64,000 nucleotides of DNA, taken from assembly GCA_046760905.1 (NCBI GenBank), contig JBHIFB010000002.1:18772-82771 (forward strand), read 5' to 3'. The number at the start of each line of letters is the position of its first letter. The first letter of the stretch is position 1. The position numbers and the translations under genes were made by a program. The notes beneath the pieces are model-generated. The model was not told the origin of the DNA and made no database searches. It worked only from the letters and a program-made list of their open reading frames with translations. This DNA comes from Candidatus Glassbacteria bacterium. Lineage in GTDB: Bacteria; Gemmatimonadota; CAZMKB01. Positions 8,353 to 18,900 of the stretch are shown in pieces.

Positions 8353-10796
8353 CCTTGAGTCTACTTCTTCCTCTCGGCGGATGGAGCTTCCTGCAGACAC
8401 ATGATGCTGTTTGTGATACCGCTTGGGCCGATTCCGCATCCGTCGAATCGACAGCCTCACATGTTGCTGACAGCCTGATCGGTGTCGAGACCGAGGAAGT
8501 CGATTCGATCCCGACTGACAGACTGGGTATCACCGGAGTGGACTCCTCGGCATCCCGGACAGAGGCGTTAGAGGACTCGCTGATGAAGGCTCTTATGAGG
8601 TATAAGGAGTCCGTATCATATTCAGGCGACAGTATCGAGACGATACCATCCGAAGATGTTGTGAATATCTCCGGGAAAGCGACACTGAAATACCAGGATG
8701 CCACACTCGGAGCTGATAAGATAAGCTACGACATGGAGAAGGAAAACCTTAGCGCCGAAGGGGAGACATACCTCAAGGATAGCAGTGGAGAGATAACCGG
8801 CCAGAGGATGATCTACAATCTGGACAGCGACAGGGGGATTATCGAAGGGGCAAAAACTCAGCATGAGGCATGGTATTTCAGTGGGAACACCATCAGCAAG
8901 ATCGGGGATGAGGATCTTTACGGCGAAGGTAGCACTTTCACAACCTGCGATAATCCCGAACCTCACTTTCATTTCAAGTGCCGCCAGTTAAAGATTACCC
9001 TAAATGACAAGGTGATAGCGAGGCCGATTGTGTTTTATATCAGGGACATCCCGTTCTTTGTCTTCCCTTTTTACGTCTTTCCCATCGAGAGCGGGAGGAA
9101 ATCCGGACTCCTTAAACCCAATTTCGGGATTTTCTCGGATGATCAGAGGGGCAGGAGCATAACGAACCTCGGCTATTTCTGGGCAGCGAGTGATTATTAT
9201 GATTTCACCTTCGCCACCGATCTGTACGAGAGGATGAGGTGGACGGTGTGGGGAGAGGGGAGGTACAAGAGGAGGTATGAGTACGACGGTAGAGTGTACG
9301 CTTCCTTCACAAGAGATACAGCCAGGGGCGATCGGAGAAGGGGGGAATACGTGGTGCGTCACAACCACACGCTGAGCAAGAAATCCTCGCTGAAGGTCGA
9401 CGTAAACATCGCCACGGACAGGAACATCTTCAGAGATCTCTCTTATGATATCGACCAGGTACTCCAGAGATCCTTGAAGTCAAGGGTAACATACAACAAG
9501 ATGGAAAACTGGGGATCCTATTATGTGACATTCGACAGCGATTACTCCCTGGAGAGAGAGCAGACGATCATACAGGCACCGGTCATCAGCATCACGAAGA
9601 ATTCCGCCACCCTCTTCAAGCCTGCCGAAGGGGAAGTGCTCCCGCAGTGGTACGGAAAACTTGTATATGGAGTGTCCGGTGATTTCGCCAACAAGTCCAT
9701 CCAGGAAACTGATAGCACCAAGACGACGACACGCCTGCAGACCGGCACAATCAATGCGGATATAAGGGATCCGGTACAATTTCTCGGTTGGCTCAACGTG
9801 TCCCCGGGATTCTCTTATAGAGAGGCTCTGTTTCACTCAGATGAGGAGGGCGTTGGGTTTCTTCATCAGGGGACATACACAGTCAGTGCAACGGTTTTTA
9901 CCAGGCTTTACGGCATATTCGACGGACCCAGGGTCGGTCCGGTCACTAAGTGGCGCCATACTATAAGCCCACAAGTCAGTTATAGCTTCTCTCCCGAAAG
10001 GCGTCCGGCCGGTAGCGAGAAGAGTGAGCATTTTCAGGGAATATCATCGTCCGGAATAAACAGGATAAATCTCACCCTTTCAAACGACCTCGATGCCAAG
10101 TACCGGAGGATCGAGGGGGAGAAGACAGAGGAGAAGTCACTGACTCTTGCCAGATTAGTGCTTAATACTTCCTACAACATCAAGAGGGCTAGGGAGGGGC
10201 TGCCGGGGTGGGGTGATCTCTCCTCCAGACTCGAATCCAATCCGTCTGAACGGTTTAAGTTTTCTCTCCAGGCGATCCATTCACTCTTCGATGAATCGAG
10301 GTTCGATCCTTTCCTCACAAGCCTCACGACGAATTTCTCACTAAAAGGGAAGAAGAGACCTGGAGAGAAGGAAGAAACAACCGAGACCGCGGTTGGGGTG
10401 GAGGATCGCTACCTCGGAGCGACGCCATACACAAGCCAGGCGACTCAGGCAGGATATGGATCGGCTTACTACGGTATGGGCTTGAAAGGTCCCTGGACCT
10501 TCACCGTAACACACAACCTCAGCAAATCCAGAACAGGCTCTTTGACACGGCAATCCATCCGAAGCTCAATTGGCTTCAGTCCTTCCAGGAAGTGGCGTAT
10601 GCTTTATTCCTACCAGTACGATCTAACAAATGGAGAGCTCCAGGATCAGTCCCTCACATTGAACAGGCAGCTGCACCGATGGGAGATGTTCATCTCATTG
10701 AGGCAGCTGCCGGGTGATCGGTTCAGTTATGAGTTCAGGGTTAACCTGAAGGACATCCCGGCACTCGAGTTCAGAAGAGCCGCTCAAACCCCTTAG
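8301..10796 (+). CDS. lptD: LPS-assembly protein LptD (OstA-like N-terminal domain plus outer-membrane beta-barrel)
   Basis: OstA N-terminal domain (ATLKYQDATLGADKISYDMEKENLSAEGETYLKD…GQRMIYNLDSDRGII); large barrel ending …FRRAAQTP. Start taken at ATG 8301, which has GAGGTGA 5 nt upstream and a signal peptide following. The longest ORF starts at 8265. Overlaps the tatC 3' end by about 50 nt. Confidence 0.75.
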   Translation: MAFGVDIQKKGIRAGWIALSLLLPLGGWSFLQTHDAVCDTAWADSASVESTASHVADSLIGVETEEVDSIPTDRLGITGVDSSASRTEALEDSLMKALMRYKESVSYSGDSIETIPSEDVVNISGKATLKYQDATLGADKISYDMEKENLSAEGETYLKDSSGEITGQRMIYNLDSDRGIIEGAKTQHEAWYFSGNTISKIGDEDLYGEGSTFTTCDNPEPHFHFKCRQLKITLNDKVIARPIVFYIRDIPFFVFPFYVFPIESGRKSGLLKPNFGIFSDDQRGRSITNLGYFWAASDYYDFTFATDLYERMRWTVWGEGRYKRRYEYDGRVYASFTRDTARGDRRRGEYVVRHNHTLSKKSSLKVDVNIATDRNIFRDLSYDIDQVLQRSLKSRVTYNKMENWGSYYVTFDSDYSLEREQTIIQAPVISITKNSATLFKPAEGEVLPQWYGKLVYGVSGDFANKSIQETDSTKTTTRLQTGTINADIRDPVQFLGWLNVSPGFSYREALFHSDEEGVGFLHQGTYTVSATVFTRLYGIFDGPRVGPVTKWRHTISPQVSYSFSPERRPAGSEKSEHFQGISSSGINRINLTLSNDLDAKYRRIEGEKTEEKSLTLARLVLNTSYNIKRAREGLPGWGDLSSRLESNPSERFKFSLQAIHSLFDESRFDPFLTSLTTNFSLKGKKRPGEKEETTETAVGVEDRYLGATPYTSQATQAGYGSAYYGMGLKGPWTFTVTHNLSKSRTGSLTRQSIRSSIGFSPSRKWRMLYSYQYDLTNGELQDQSLTLNRQLHRWEMFISLRQLPGDRFSYEFRVNLKDIPALEFRRAAQTP

Positions 10797-10885
10797 CCTC
10801 TCAAGACGTTTACTGTTATTTCGTCAGGGAAAAAGTGGAACCGATAGACAGAAATCAGAGGAATCACTGACACGGATGAACCTTG

Positions 10886-10914
10886 CTTGACAGAAATGGT
10901 ATTTTATGCTATGC
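10886..10914 (+). promoter_or_regulatory. Sigma-70-like promoter for the M4 protease gene (TTGACA-17-TATGCT)
   Basis: cTTGACAgaaatggtattttatgcTATGCTc about 95 nt upstream of ATG 11010, which has a GGAAGGAG ribosome-binding site. Confidence 0.4.
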
Positions 10915-11009
10915 TCTACCCGGTAAAAATCGATGTTTTTAAGTAGGCTGAGCCGGGGCATTCGGGCAAATAGTTGAATGCCTCACAGGAAGAATGGAAG
11001 GAGCATCAC

Positions 11010-13994
11010 ATGAGGACCATCATCAGCAATTTCGTCGTGTTTTCACTACTTTTGTTTCTGACCACTGTTTCTCTCACGGGTTTTGTAGAGGATCCCACAC
11101 TCGATTCGATGGAAATTCCTCTCTATGAAGTGAGGGGTTTGAGACTATCCGAAGTGAGGGGGATGACCGCTACTGCTGATGAGTCTTTTGCAAATTTTCT
11201 GCAGAGGTATGGAGGGAGCTGGCAATACCAGATCAATATGAAGACGGGCTCATTCCATCACATTTTCGGCAGCGGTATACAGCTTGCTGCCCGGATCATT
11301 GATGAAGAGACGCTCGAGGAAAGTGCTCGAAGCTTCATCTCTGATAATCAGGGCCTGTTCAAGGTCGAAAGTGAGAATCTCAAGAAATTCCACGTTGGAA
11401 GATCTCCCGGCAAGTGGTCAATCATCTTCACTCAGACCCACCAGGGTGTTGCGGTCTGGGGCTCGAAGGTCTATCTCGTTTTCACCGATTCCGGGAGGCT
11501 GTTCGCTTTCGGGTCGGATGTTTTCGGTGACATTGACGTATCGACAGTCCCTTCGCTCACCGAGGAGGAGGCTCTTTCAATCGCCAAGGAGAGCATAGGA
11601 TATGTGGAGGGGAGAGACCGCCTCAGGTTCTCCGGCAGCTTTGTGCTCCCGGTTGGACAGGGGTACCGCCTCAGTTACAGGTTCGACCTCCATGTTGAGG
11701 AACCTTATGGCCTGTGGGCCACCTACATAGATGCCCACACAGGTGAGATATTATGGAGGGAAAATCACATCCGGGCCTTCGTCGACTTCATCGGTCACGT
11801 TCAGGCTGATGTTGAATGGGATGGTTACTGCGATGGGACCACGCAAGATTATCCTCTCAAGAGCATGTACATTAACATAAGCGGCGTTGGCACCACGACC
11901 ACGGATGAGAACGGTGATTTCACTCTCTCATACGGGGGATCGGATCCAAAGAGCATCTCAGCGGAGTTCAGAGGACCATGGTGCAACGTGGAGAGGTATG
12001 GTGGCCCTGACGCCAGCCATTCGGGCACCATAACGCCCGGAACGCTCTACACGATAGACTGGGACAACGGCAACTCTTTATACAGTGAGCGTGATTGTTT
12101 CGCTTATGTGAACAAGCAGCACGACTGGCTGAAGGATATAGACCCTTCATACACAGGCATGGACTACGAGTTGCCGACATACGTCGAGAGGACGGACGGC
12201 TACTGTCCCGGCAACGCCTGGTGGGATGGCTATTCGATCAACATGTGTTACCAGGCCAGCGGGTACGCGAACACCGGTAGGATGGGCGATGTCGTCTACC
12301 ATGAATATGGCCATGGTATAACTGACTTCCTCTACGGTTACAACGATCCTCCCGGTGACCTGCACGAAGGCAATTCGGACATCGTGGCTAACCTCCTCAC
12401 CAGGGAGCACATCATAGGTCTCGGTTTCTACCTGAACAATTGCACTTCGGGGATAAGGGATTCGGAAAACACTCTGATCTATCCCGACGATCTCTGGGGT
12501 GAGGGACACCACGACGGGCAGATCATTGCAGGCTTCATCTGGGACAGCTGGCAGGAACTTCTTGCCGCCTATCCTCAGGATTATGCGGACAGCGTCATAT
12601 TCCACGACTGGCATTTCGGAAGGGATCTCGGCCTTCCCCAGACACAACCGGACCAGGTCTACTGGACATTCGTGGCAGATGACGATGATGGGAACCTTGA
12701 CAACGGCACTCCGCACCACGACCAGCTCTGTGTCGGTGCCACAAACCATGGCTTCGATTGCCCGGAGATTCTCGTCGGTGTTCTGATCTCCCACACACCG
12801 CTCACGACCACAACCGAAGAGAACACTCCCTTCGAGGTTCTCATGACGATGGTCTCGACCGAAGGGAACATTCTCATCGACAACAGCAAGGTATATTATA
12901 GGACAGACAGCGGATCCTGGAATGAGCTATCGATATCGGCGACAGGTGAACCGGACGAGTACTTTGCAACCATACCGGGCCAGCCTCAGCCAACCCAGAT
13001 AGACTACTACATCTATGGCGAGGACGATGTCGGTAATTTCAGGACTCATCCTGAAGGCGCACCTGCAGAATACCACTCGTTTTACGTCGCCTGGCTCTAT
13101 GAGCCATTCGAAACGGGTCTCGACAACTTCACCATAGGCGCGCCTGACGATGACGCAACTACCGGGATATGGGAGAGGGTCGATCCGGTTGGCACTTATT
13201 ACGGTGGACAGGTTCAGCCAGAGGATGACTTCACGCCCGATCCGGGTACCGACTGCTATATAACAGGCCAGCATTACGGAGGTGATGTTGGGCAGAATGA
13301 TGTCGATAACGGGAAGACGACTCTCTTCTCAGATGTGTATGATCTGACAGGGGCGGTCGAGGCCTGGGCGATTTATAGACGATGGTTCTCGAATGATCTT
13401 GGTGCTTCCCCTGGAGAGGACTACTGGCTGGTACAGATCTCCAACGACGGTGGCGATACGTGGCAGAATGTCGAGTACACGAACGATGATGCAGAGCGGT
13501 GGCTGGAGGTCGCAGTAGACATAGTATCCTTCTTCCCTTCTCCTGACCAGGTTCAGTTTAAATTCGTTGCGAGTGATGAGTGGAGTGGTTCTCTTGTAGA
13601 GGCGGGGGTAGACGAGTTCATCATACTCGCAGACATAGGCCCGGTGAATCACGAACCCGAGTTCAGCGCAGGTGGAGTTACACCGGTGGAAGGACAGTAC
13701 TGCAAGCCGTTCACCTTCAGCATCTATTACTACGATGCAGATGGTGACAGCCCATCTGTGATACAGGTATACATTGATGGGACGCCGTTCTCGATGTCGC
13801 TTTCTTCCGGCACGCCTTCGGACGGCACATACGAGTACGAGACTCTTCTCAGCGTCGGCACACACTCGTTTTACTTCTATGCGGAGGATGGCCAGGGTGG
13901 TTCGGTAAGGTTGCCCGAATCGGGAGAGCTGAGTGGACCGGAGGTGGACAATTCATGCAGCGGACCCCCCATTCCGGTAATGGGCACATTCTGA
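11010..13994 (+). CDS. Secreted thermolysin-like (M4) zinc metallopeptidase with FTP/PepSY propeptide and about 450-aa C-terminal MAM-like/Ig-like extension
   Basis: Signal peptide; propeptide motif FTQTHQGVAVWGSKVYLVF; catalytic VVYHEYGHGITDF (HExxH) followed 20 aa later by LHEGNSDIVAN, the M4 third-ligand Glu in the xEAxSD context; C-terminal …VQISNDGGDTWQNVE beta-sandwich. Confidence 0.7.
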   Translation: MRTIISNFVVFSLLLFLTTVSLTGFVEDPTLDSMEIPLYEVRGLRLSEVRGMTATADESFANFLQRYGGSWQYQINMKTGSFHHIFGSGIQLAARIIDEETLEESARSFISDNQGLFKVESENLKKFHVGRSPGKWSIIFTQTHQGVAVWGSKVYLVFTDSGRLFAFGSDVFGDIDVSTVPSLTEEEALSIAKESIGYVEGRDRLRFSGSFVLPVGQGYRLSYRFDLHVEEPYGLWATYIDAHTGEILWRENHIRAFVDFIGHVQADVEWDGYCDGTTQDYPLKSMYINISGVGTTTTDENGDFTLSYGGSDPKSISAEFRGPWCNVERYGGPDASHSGTITPGTLYTIDWDNGNSLYSERDCFAYVNKQHDWLKDIDPSYTGMDYELPTYVERTDGYCPGNAWWDGYSINMCYQASGYANTGRMGDVVYHEYGHGITDFLYGYNDPPGDLHEGNSDIVANLLTREHIIGLGFYLNNCTSGIRDSENTLIYPDDLWGEGHHDGQIIAGFIWDSWQELLAAYPQDYADSVIFHDWHFGRDLGLPQTQPDQVYWTFVADDDDGNLDNGTPHHDQLCVGATNHGFDCPEILVGVLISHTPLTTTTEENTPFEVLMTMVSTEGNILIDNSKVYYRTDSGSWNELSISATGEPDEYFATIPGQPQPTQIDYYIYGEDDVGNFRTHPEGAPAEYHSFYVAWLYEPFETGLDNFTIGAPDDDATTGIWERVDPVGTYYGGQVQPEDDFTPDPGTDCYITGQHYGGDVGQNDVDNGKTTLFSDVYDLTGAVEAWAIYRRWFSNDLGASPGEDYWLVQISNDGGDTWQNVEYTNDDAERWLEVAVDIVSFFPSPDQVQFKFVASDEWSGSLVEAGVDEFIILADIGPVNHEPEFSAGGVTPVEGQYCKPFTFSIYYYDADGDSPSVIQVYIDGTPFSMSLSSGTPSDGTYEYETLLSVGTHSFYFYAEDGQGGSVRLPESGELSGPEVDNSCSGPPIPVMGTF

Positions 13995-14030
13995 GGTGGT
14001 TCAACCGGTATTTGAAGGCCGGAGATTTCC

Positions 14031-14075
14031 AAGGGCCCACCCCTTTAAATGGGGATGGGCCTTTTTTTGTTTTGA
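14031..14075. terminator. Bidirectional rho-independent terminator between convergent M4-protease and MFS genes
   Basis: GGGCCCACCCCtttaaatGGGGATGGGCC hairpin followed by TTTTTTTGTTTT; flanked by A-rich sequence on the other side. Confidence 0.6.
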
Positions 14076-14086
14076 TATGTTCAGAA

Positions 14087-15313
14087 TTATCCAAATGGCC
14101 TGTCACCCTGGTATAGGAGGTAGAGTATAATTGCAAAAGTGGCCGCTGCAAGCAGCTGGAAAGGGCTCTCGATGCCGAAGGAGTCCGAGAGAAATCCCGC
14201 GATGAAAGAGAACACGGCACCGCCCATCATCTGGAGGTTTGCAGCGATACTGAAAGCACCCGGGCTGCTTGCGTCGGGAACTCTTTTCCCTACACAGGAG
14301 AGCAGGCAAGGGTAGGTGAGGAACAGGAAGAATCCGAATACCGCCATGATTCCGACCGCGGCTCTTGTGTCGTCCGTAATCGAGAGGAGGATAGAACCGA
14401 ATAGAACGGCTGCGTAAGAGAGGATGAGCAAGGGCCTGTGACCGATATAGGCCACGATTCTGCCATATAACATCGATGAAACCGTACCGGCTCCTATCCA
14501 GACGGCGAGGATGTAACCCGTGTGCGCCATGGAGACTGAAATCCGGTGGTGGAGCAGTGAAGGGGCGTAACCGATTATAATAAACCATGCGATGCCTCCG
14601 AGACAGAAAGCAGGCACAAGCGGTTTGAGGCTCAAGAACGCCTCTCTCCAGGATGGCATTGAAGGAGAGGAGTTTTTCTCCTCGGAAGCGTCACGGCCAC
14701 GCCAACTCGTGATATAACCTGCTATCGATATGATCGTGGCAACAAAGGCCCAAAGAAGAACCGGGAATCTCCATCCACCCCTCTCAGCTAGAATACCGCC
14801 GATGGTGAAGGATACCAGAACGCCGAGGTCACCCATTGCGCTCTGGATTCCCATTGAGCGATCGAGTCCTCTCTCCCGTGCGAGGGTGTTTATCCACGCG
14901 ATTCCGACGGGATGGTAGAAGCTGGCGGATACCCTGAACATAAGGAACACTAGGAGGAAGGTGAGGAAACGCTCGGTGGTAGAAATAAGGATGAGAGACA
15001 ACCCGATGCATAATATCGCAGTTGGAAGGATCTTTCTGTAGTGCCTTTCCCTGGCGAATGATCCGATGAGAAACTGTGAGACAATTGTCACCGCGAGTCC
15101 TGCAAGGTAGACTGTTCCGATCTGGGAGTATCTCGTTATGATGAATCCCTGATCGTAGAGAACAGGGTAGATTAGGGGAAGAGTGACCACGGCCGCATCA
15201 TTCACGAAGTGAAACAGAGAAATGGAAAAAAGGGACCGCGCGAAACTTGCTCTCGATCCATCTTTTTTTTCGAATGATTCGGATTCTTTCAATAGCCTCA
15301 GAGTCTCTTTCAT
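14087..15313 (-). CDS. Major facilitator superfamily (MFS) transporter
   Basis: 408 aa, 12 predicted transmembrane helices, MFS loop motif (…GRIVAYIGHRPLL…). Confidence 0.75.
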   Translation of the reverse strand: MKETLRLLKESESFEKKDGSRASFARSLFSISLFHFVNDAAVVTLPLIYPVLYDQGFIITRYSQIGTVYLAGLAVTIVSQFLIGSFARERHYRKILPTAILCIGLSLILISTTERFLTFLLVFLMFRVSASFYHPVGIAWINTLARERGLDRSMGIQSAMGDLGVLVSFTIGGILAERGGWRFPVLLWAFVATIISIAGYITSWRGRDASEEKNSSPSMPSWREAFLSLKPLVPAFCLGGIAWFIIIGYAPSLLHHRISVSMAHTGYILAVWIGAGTVSSMLYGRIVAYIGHRPLLILSYAAVLFGSILLSITDDTRAAVGIMAVFGFFLFLTYPCLLSCVGKRVPDASSPGAFSIAANLQMMGGAVFSFIAGFLSDSFGIESPFQLLAAATFAIILYLLYQGDRPFG

Positions 15314-15433
15314 AAGAATTCCCTTCGATCCGATATTACGCTTAATCTAAGAAAACGGACAGGAAGATTTCAATAGCAAAAAAGGATGCAGCCCCCTTTA
15401 TCAAAGGCAGCTGTTTCTCCTGTTAAAAAACAG

Positions 15434-15468
15434 TTGACATGAGAAGGTCATTGTACTAAAGTACAATG
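15434..15468 (+). promoter_or_regulatory. Putative hup promoter (TTGACA-17-TAAAGT) with an overlapping 20-bp perfect palindrome CATTGTACTAAAGTACAATG
   Basis: TTGACA 15434-15439; -10-like TAAAGT 15457-15462; inverted repeat 15449-15468 (9-bp arms, 2-nt spacer) covers the -10. Confidence 0.4.
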
Positions 15469-15500
15469 AAGAGCGGAAACTTTTCGACCGGAGGTGATGG

Positions 15501-15794
15501 ATGAACAAAGCAGAACTCGTAGAGGCTCTCGCTAAGAAGACCGGAATGAGTCAGAAAGATGCACGAAGAACCGTCGAAGCTCTCTTCAGCACAGATCCCG
15601 GCACTGGAATCATCGCCGCCCAGCTCGATCGGGGCAACAGGGTGCAATTGACCGGCTTTGGCACCTTCGAGATCAGGAACAGAAAAGCGAGAACCGGAAG
15701 AAACCCGCAGACGAATGAGACAATTCATATTCCCGGGAGGAGATACCCCACGTTCAAACCTGGCAAGGCCCTGAAGGAGAGAGTGAAGGAGTAG
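15501..15794 (+). CDS. hup: DNA-binding protein HU
   Basis: MNKAELVEALAKKTGMSQKDARRTVEALF…GFGTFEIRNRKARTGRNPQTNETIHIP. Confidence 0.9.
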   Translation: MNKAELVEALAKKTGMSQKDARRTVEALFSTDPGTGIIAAQLDRGNRVQLTGFGTFEIRNRKARTGRNPQTNETIHIPGRRYPTFKPGKALKERVKE

Positions 15795-15907
15795 GGTCAT
15801 AGGATCTATTATGTGATGCATCTGGAGGCATTCGTGCCTCCATTTTTATGTCCTCTTTCGCTGAAACAAATGAACCATGTGGGAGTATAAGAGGCGAAAG
15901 GAAAAAA

Positions 15908-18900
15908 ATGGATTTCAGATCGACACTCAAGTCCATTGCACTCCTTGCGTGTCTGTGTCTTATATTTTTCAGCTCAACCCTTCACTCGCATGGAGTGTGG
16001 ACTACGGGACGAGGAATACATCCTGGCCGGCTGAGGTGCATGGGGTTTAACCTCGAGTCGAGAGCGGCTAAATCGTTCATAACCGGTCCCGTCATGATGA
16101 GAGCTCAGCAAGAGTCTCACAGAGTGGGGATCATTAGAATCGAATTTCAGCCGGATCAGGATGACAGTACCACAGGAAATGGGTTATTCGGTAACCTGCC
16201 TTTCTACCATCCTCATCCTGATACCATACTGGCCCGCCAGGGATATGTTGTCAGGGATAGTACAATAAACAGCAGGTCTAAGTTTTACTACTCCAAACAC
16301 ATCCAGTGGATGAGAGAATATTTCGAAGCCACATCCCGCGGGCTCTTCACCATCTCAGACCTGGACACGGTAACCGATATCACCCCCATAATACAGCTCA
16401 GTGAGAAGATGGGAGTATACGGTGATAATGAAGATTTCACCGGGAACATGCTCCGGTTCGTGAACGACTCTGTGAGAAGTGCAGACACCCTTACGACTTT
16501 CGATTTTGCGAGATACGATGCCCTGCTCATTTTTCACGCAGGTGCGGGGGAGGAGTCGGATTTTGGTCCTCCAGAGGAATTCTATCCTGGAGATTCACCG
16601 CGTGATCTTCACTCGGCATACATCCCCTTTGAGGCCCTGAGGGAGTACCTTGGCGAAGGTGATCCCGATTATATGGGTATCCCCACGACCAGTGAGGCAG
16701 GTGAGACGACATACGTAAGGAATGCACTCGTTGTTCCCGAGACTCTAATCCAGGATTCTGTTTATAATCCGTCAGCTGTGTATCTCGATATCCTTGGAGT
16801 AGTAGTCCACGAATACGGTCACCACCTGGGTCTACCCGATCTCTACGATCCGGCGCATCCCACCAGGCCGGCTATCGGCAACTTCGGTCTCATGGGTACG
16901 GGCGCTTACAATTCCTCAGCGAGGCTCCCATCCGAGCCGATCGGGTGGTCGAAATACTACCTCGGCTGGGTTGATGCTACAGAAGTGATGTCTGACACTA
17001 ACGGCATCGAACTAATGGCAAGCGAGGGAGCGGGTGAGAAGGCGAAGCTCATAAAAGTGCCGATTTCATCCTCCGAGTACTACCTCCTCGAGAACAGGGT
17101 GAGGGACCGGGATTTTAATGGAGAGTTCGAGTTCTACGATGTTGATGGAGACAACTGGCCGGACCTCATGACTGATGGATACAGGTTGCCCGATGGAACC
17201 TTCTCAGAGTTCGATTTCGCCCTCCCAGGGATAATAACATATCCGGATAATCCTAAGCCGGGATCCGGTGTTCTAATATGGCACATAGACAACGAGGTGA
17301 TAAGAGGCGCCTTCGATCCGCAGTTCAACCAAAACTGCATAAACTGTAACATCTCCAGACAGGGGGTCGACCTAGAAGAGGCAGATGGTATTCAGCATCT
17401 CGATGAGTTGTATCCTGCAACCATCGATCCCGGATACGGTTCACCATTCGACTCCTACGGTGGTGAGGTGAGTGGGGTAAAACAGGCTCTGTACGGTAAC
17501 CTCAACACCCTTTTCGGCCCATCGACCAACCCCTCCTCGACGAGCAACTTGGGTATGGCAACCAACATCAGCATCTCCGGATTCCGTTCCCTCACGATTG
17601 ACCCGTCGCGGAGCCTGGTTGATACTATAGTCGGTGTTGATATCAGCTTCGAAGAGAAGCTCTTGGGATTTCCGGTCGTTCTGAGAGAAGAGGACCAGAT
17701 GGACTTCGAGAAAGACCCCGGACTTTTCAACGGGAACTCGATGGCCCTGGCAGATCTGGACAACGACGGAGCTTGTGAGATCGTCGTAGTAACCAGGGAA
17801 GGCGATGTGTTTATTATAGACTCGCGGGGACGCACCTTTCCGGAAGGCTCCGCTGATATCTCGCCGTACATTTCAATCGGCAAGACCGTGAGCTCCTCGC
17901 CGTCTCTGGGGGATCTGGATGGGAGCGAGATGCACGATATCGAGATCGCCGTTCTTACAGAGGATGGCGACCTCTATGCTCTTCTGTCGGGGGGGCCATC
18001 CGGCCAGGATGTGATAGCGCAGGGATTTCCCGTCAAACTCGAAGGGAGTGACCACAGAGGTCCACTGTGTTTCGACCTGGATGGAAACGGTACGGATGAA
18101 ATCATAACTACCTCCCAAGCCGGTGGCCAGCTGAAGGTGAGTGTCACAGGTGGTGATGGATTGAGCCAGGACGCCTGGCCGATCACAATCGATGAAGAAT
18201 CGATCGCAATCCCGGCCATCTACCCGCACATAATATCCGGGGTTCGTGCAGACAGCGCCGATATCATTCTTGTGACCACCGATGGAACGGTTTACCGTAT
18301 CTCCGGACGCGGCGAGGTCCTGTGGCATGTATCTCTCGATGAAACTGTTGAAGTACCGCCGGTACTGGCTGATCTTGACAGGGACGGTGACATAGATGGC
18401 GATAACATAGCAGAGCTGAGAGGCGATCTCGAGATAGTGGTGGGAACCGTCGACGGCGACGTATACGTGATCTCTTCGGATGGTGAATTGCTGCCCGGCG
18501 GCCCTCAGTCGACAGGCGGCAGGATACGGTCACCACTGGCGGCAGCCGATGTTAATATGGACGGCTATGTCGAGATAGTCACTCTTATCGAGGATAGCTG
18601 GGATCTTAACATATACAGATTGAATGATACCGGCAACGCACTCATGAAGTTGAGACAGTTCCCGAAGCATATACCGGTTCAGGATGTGAGTGGATCAAAA
18701 CCATATTTTTCATCTCCTGTCACCGCCGACATTGATGGAGCAATCGCTGCTGATCAGGGGAGGTTTTCAGGTGAGGAGATACTCTTTGGAACGAAGGATA
18801 ACAAGCTTCTCGTGTTCGATGTAAGCGAGGCCACCTCACCCATAAAGTCGTATCCACTCGGGGGAGATCTTGTTGCGAGCGCCGCAGTCGGCGATGTTGA

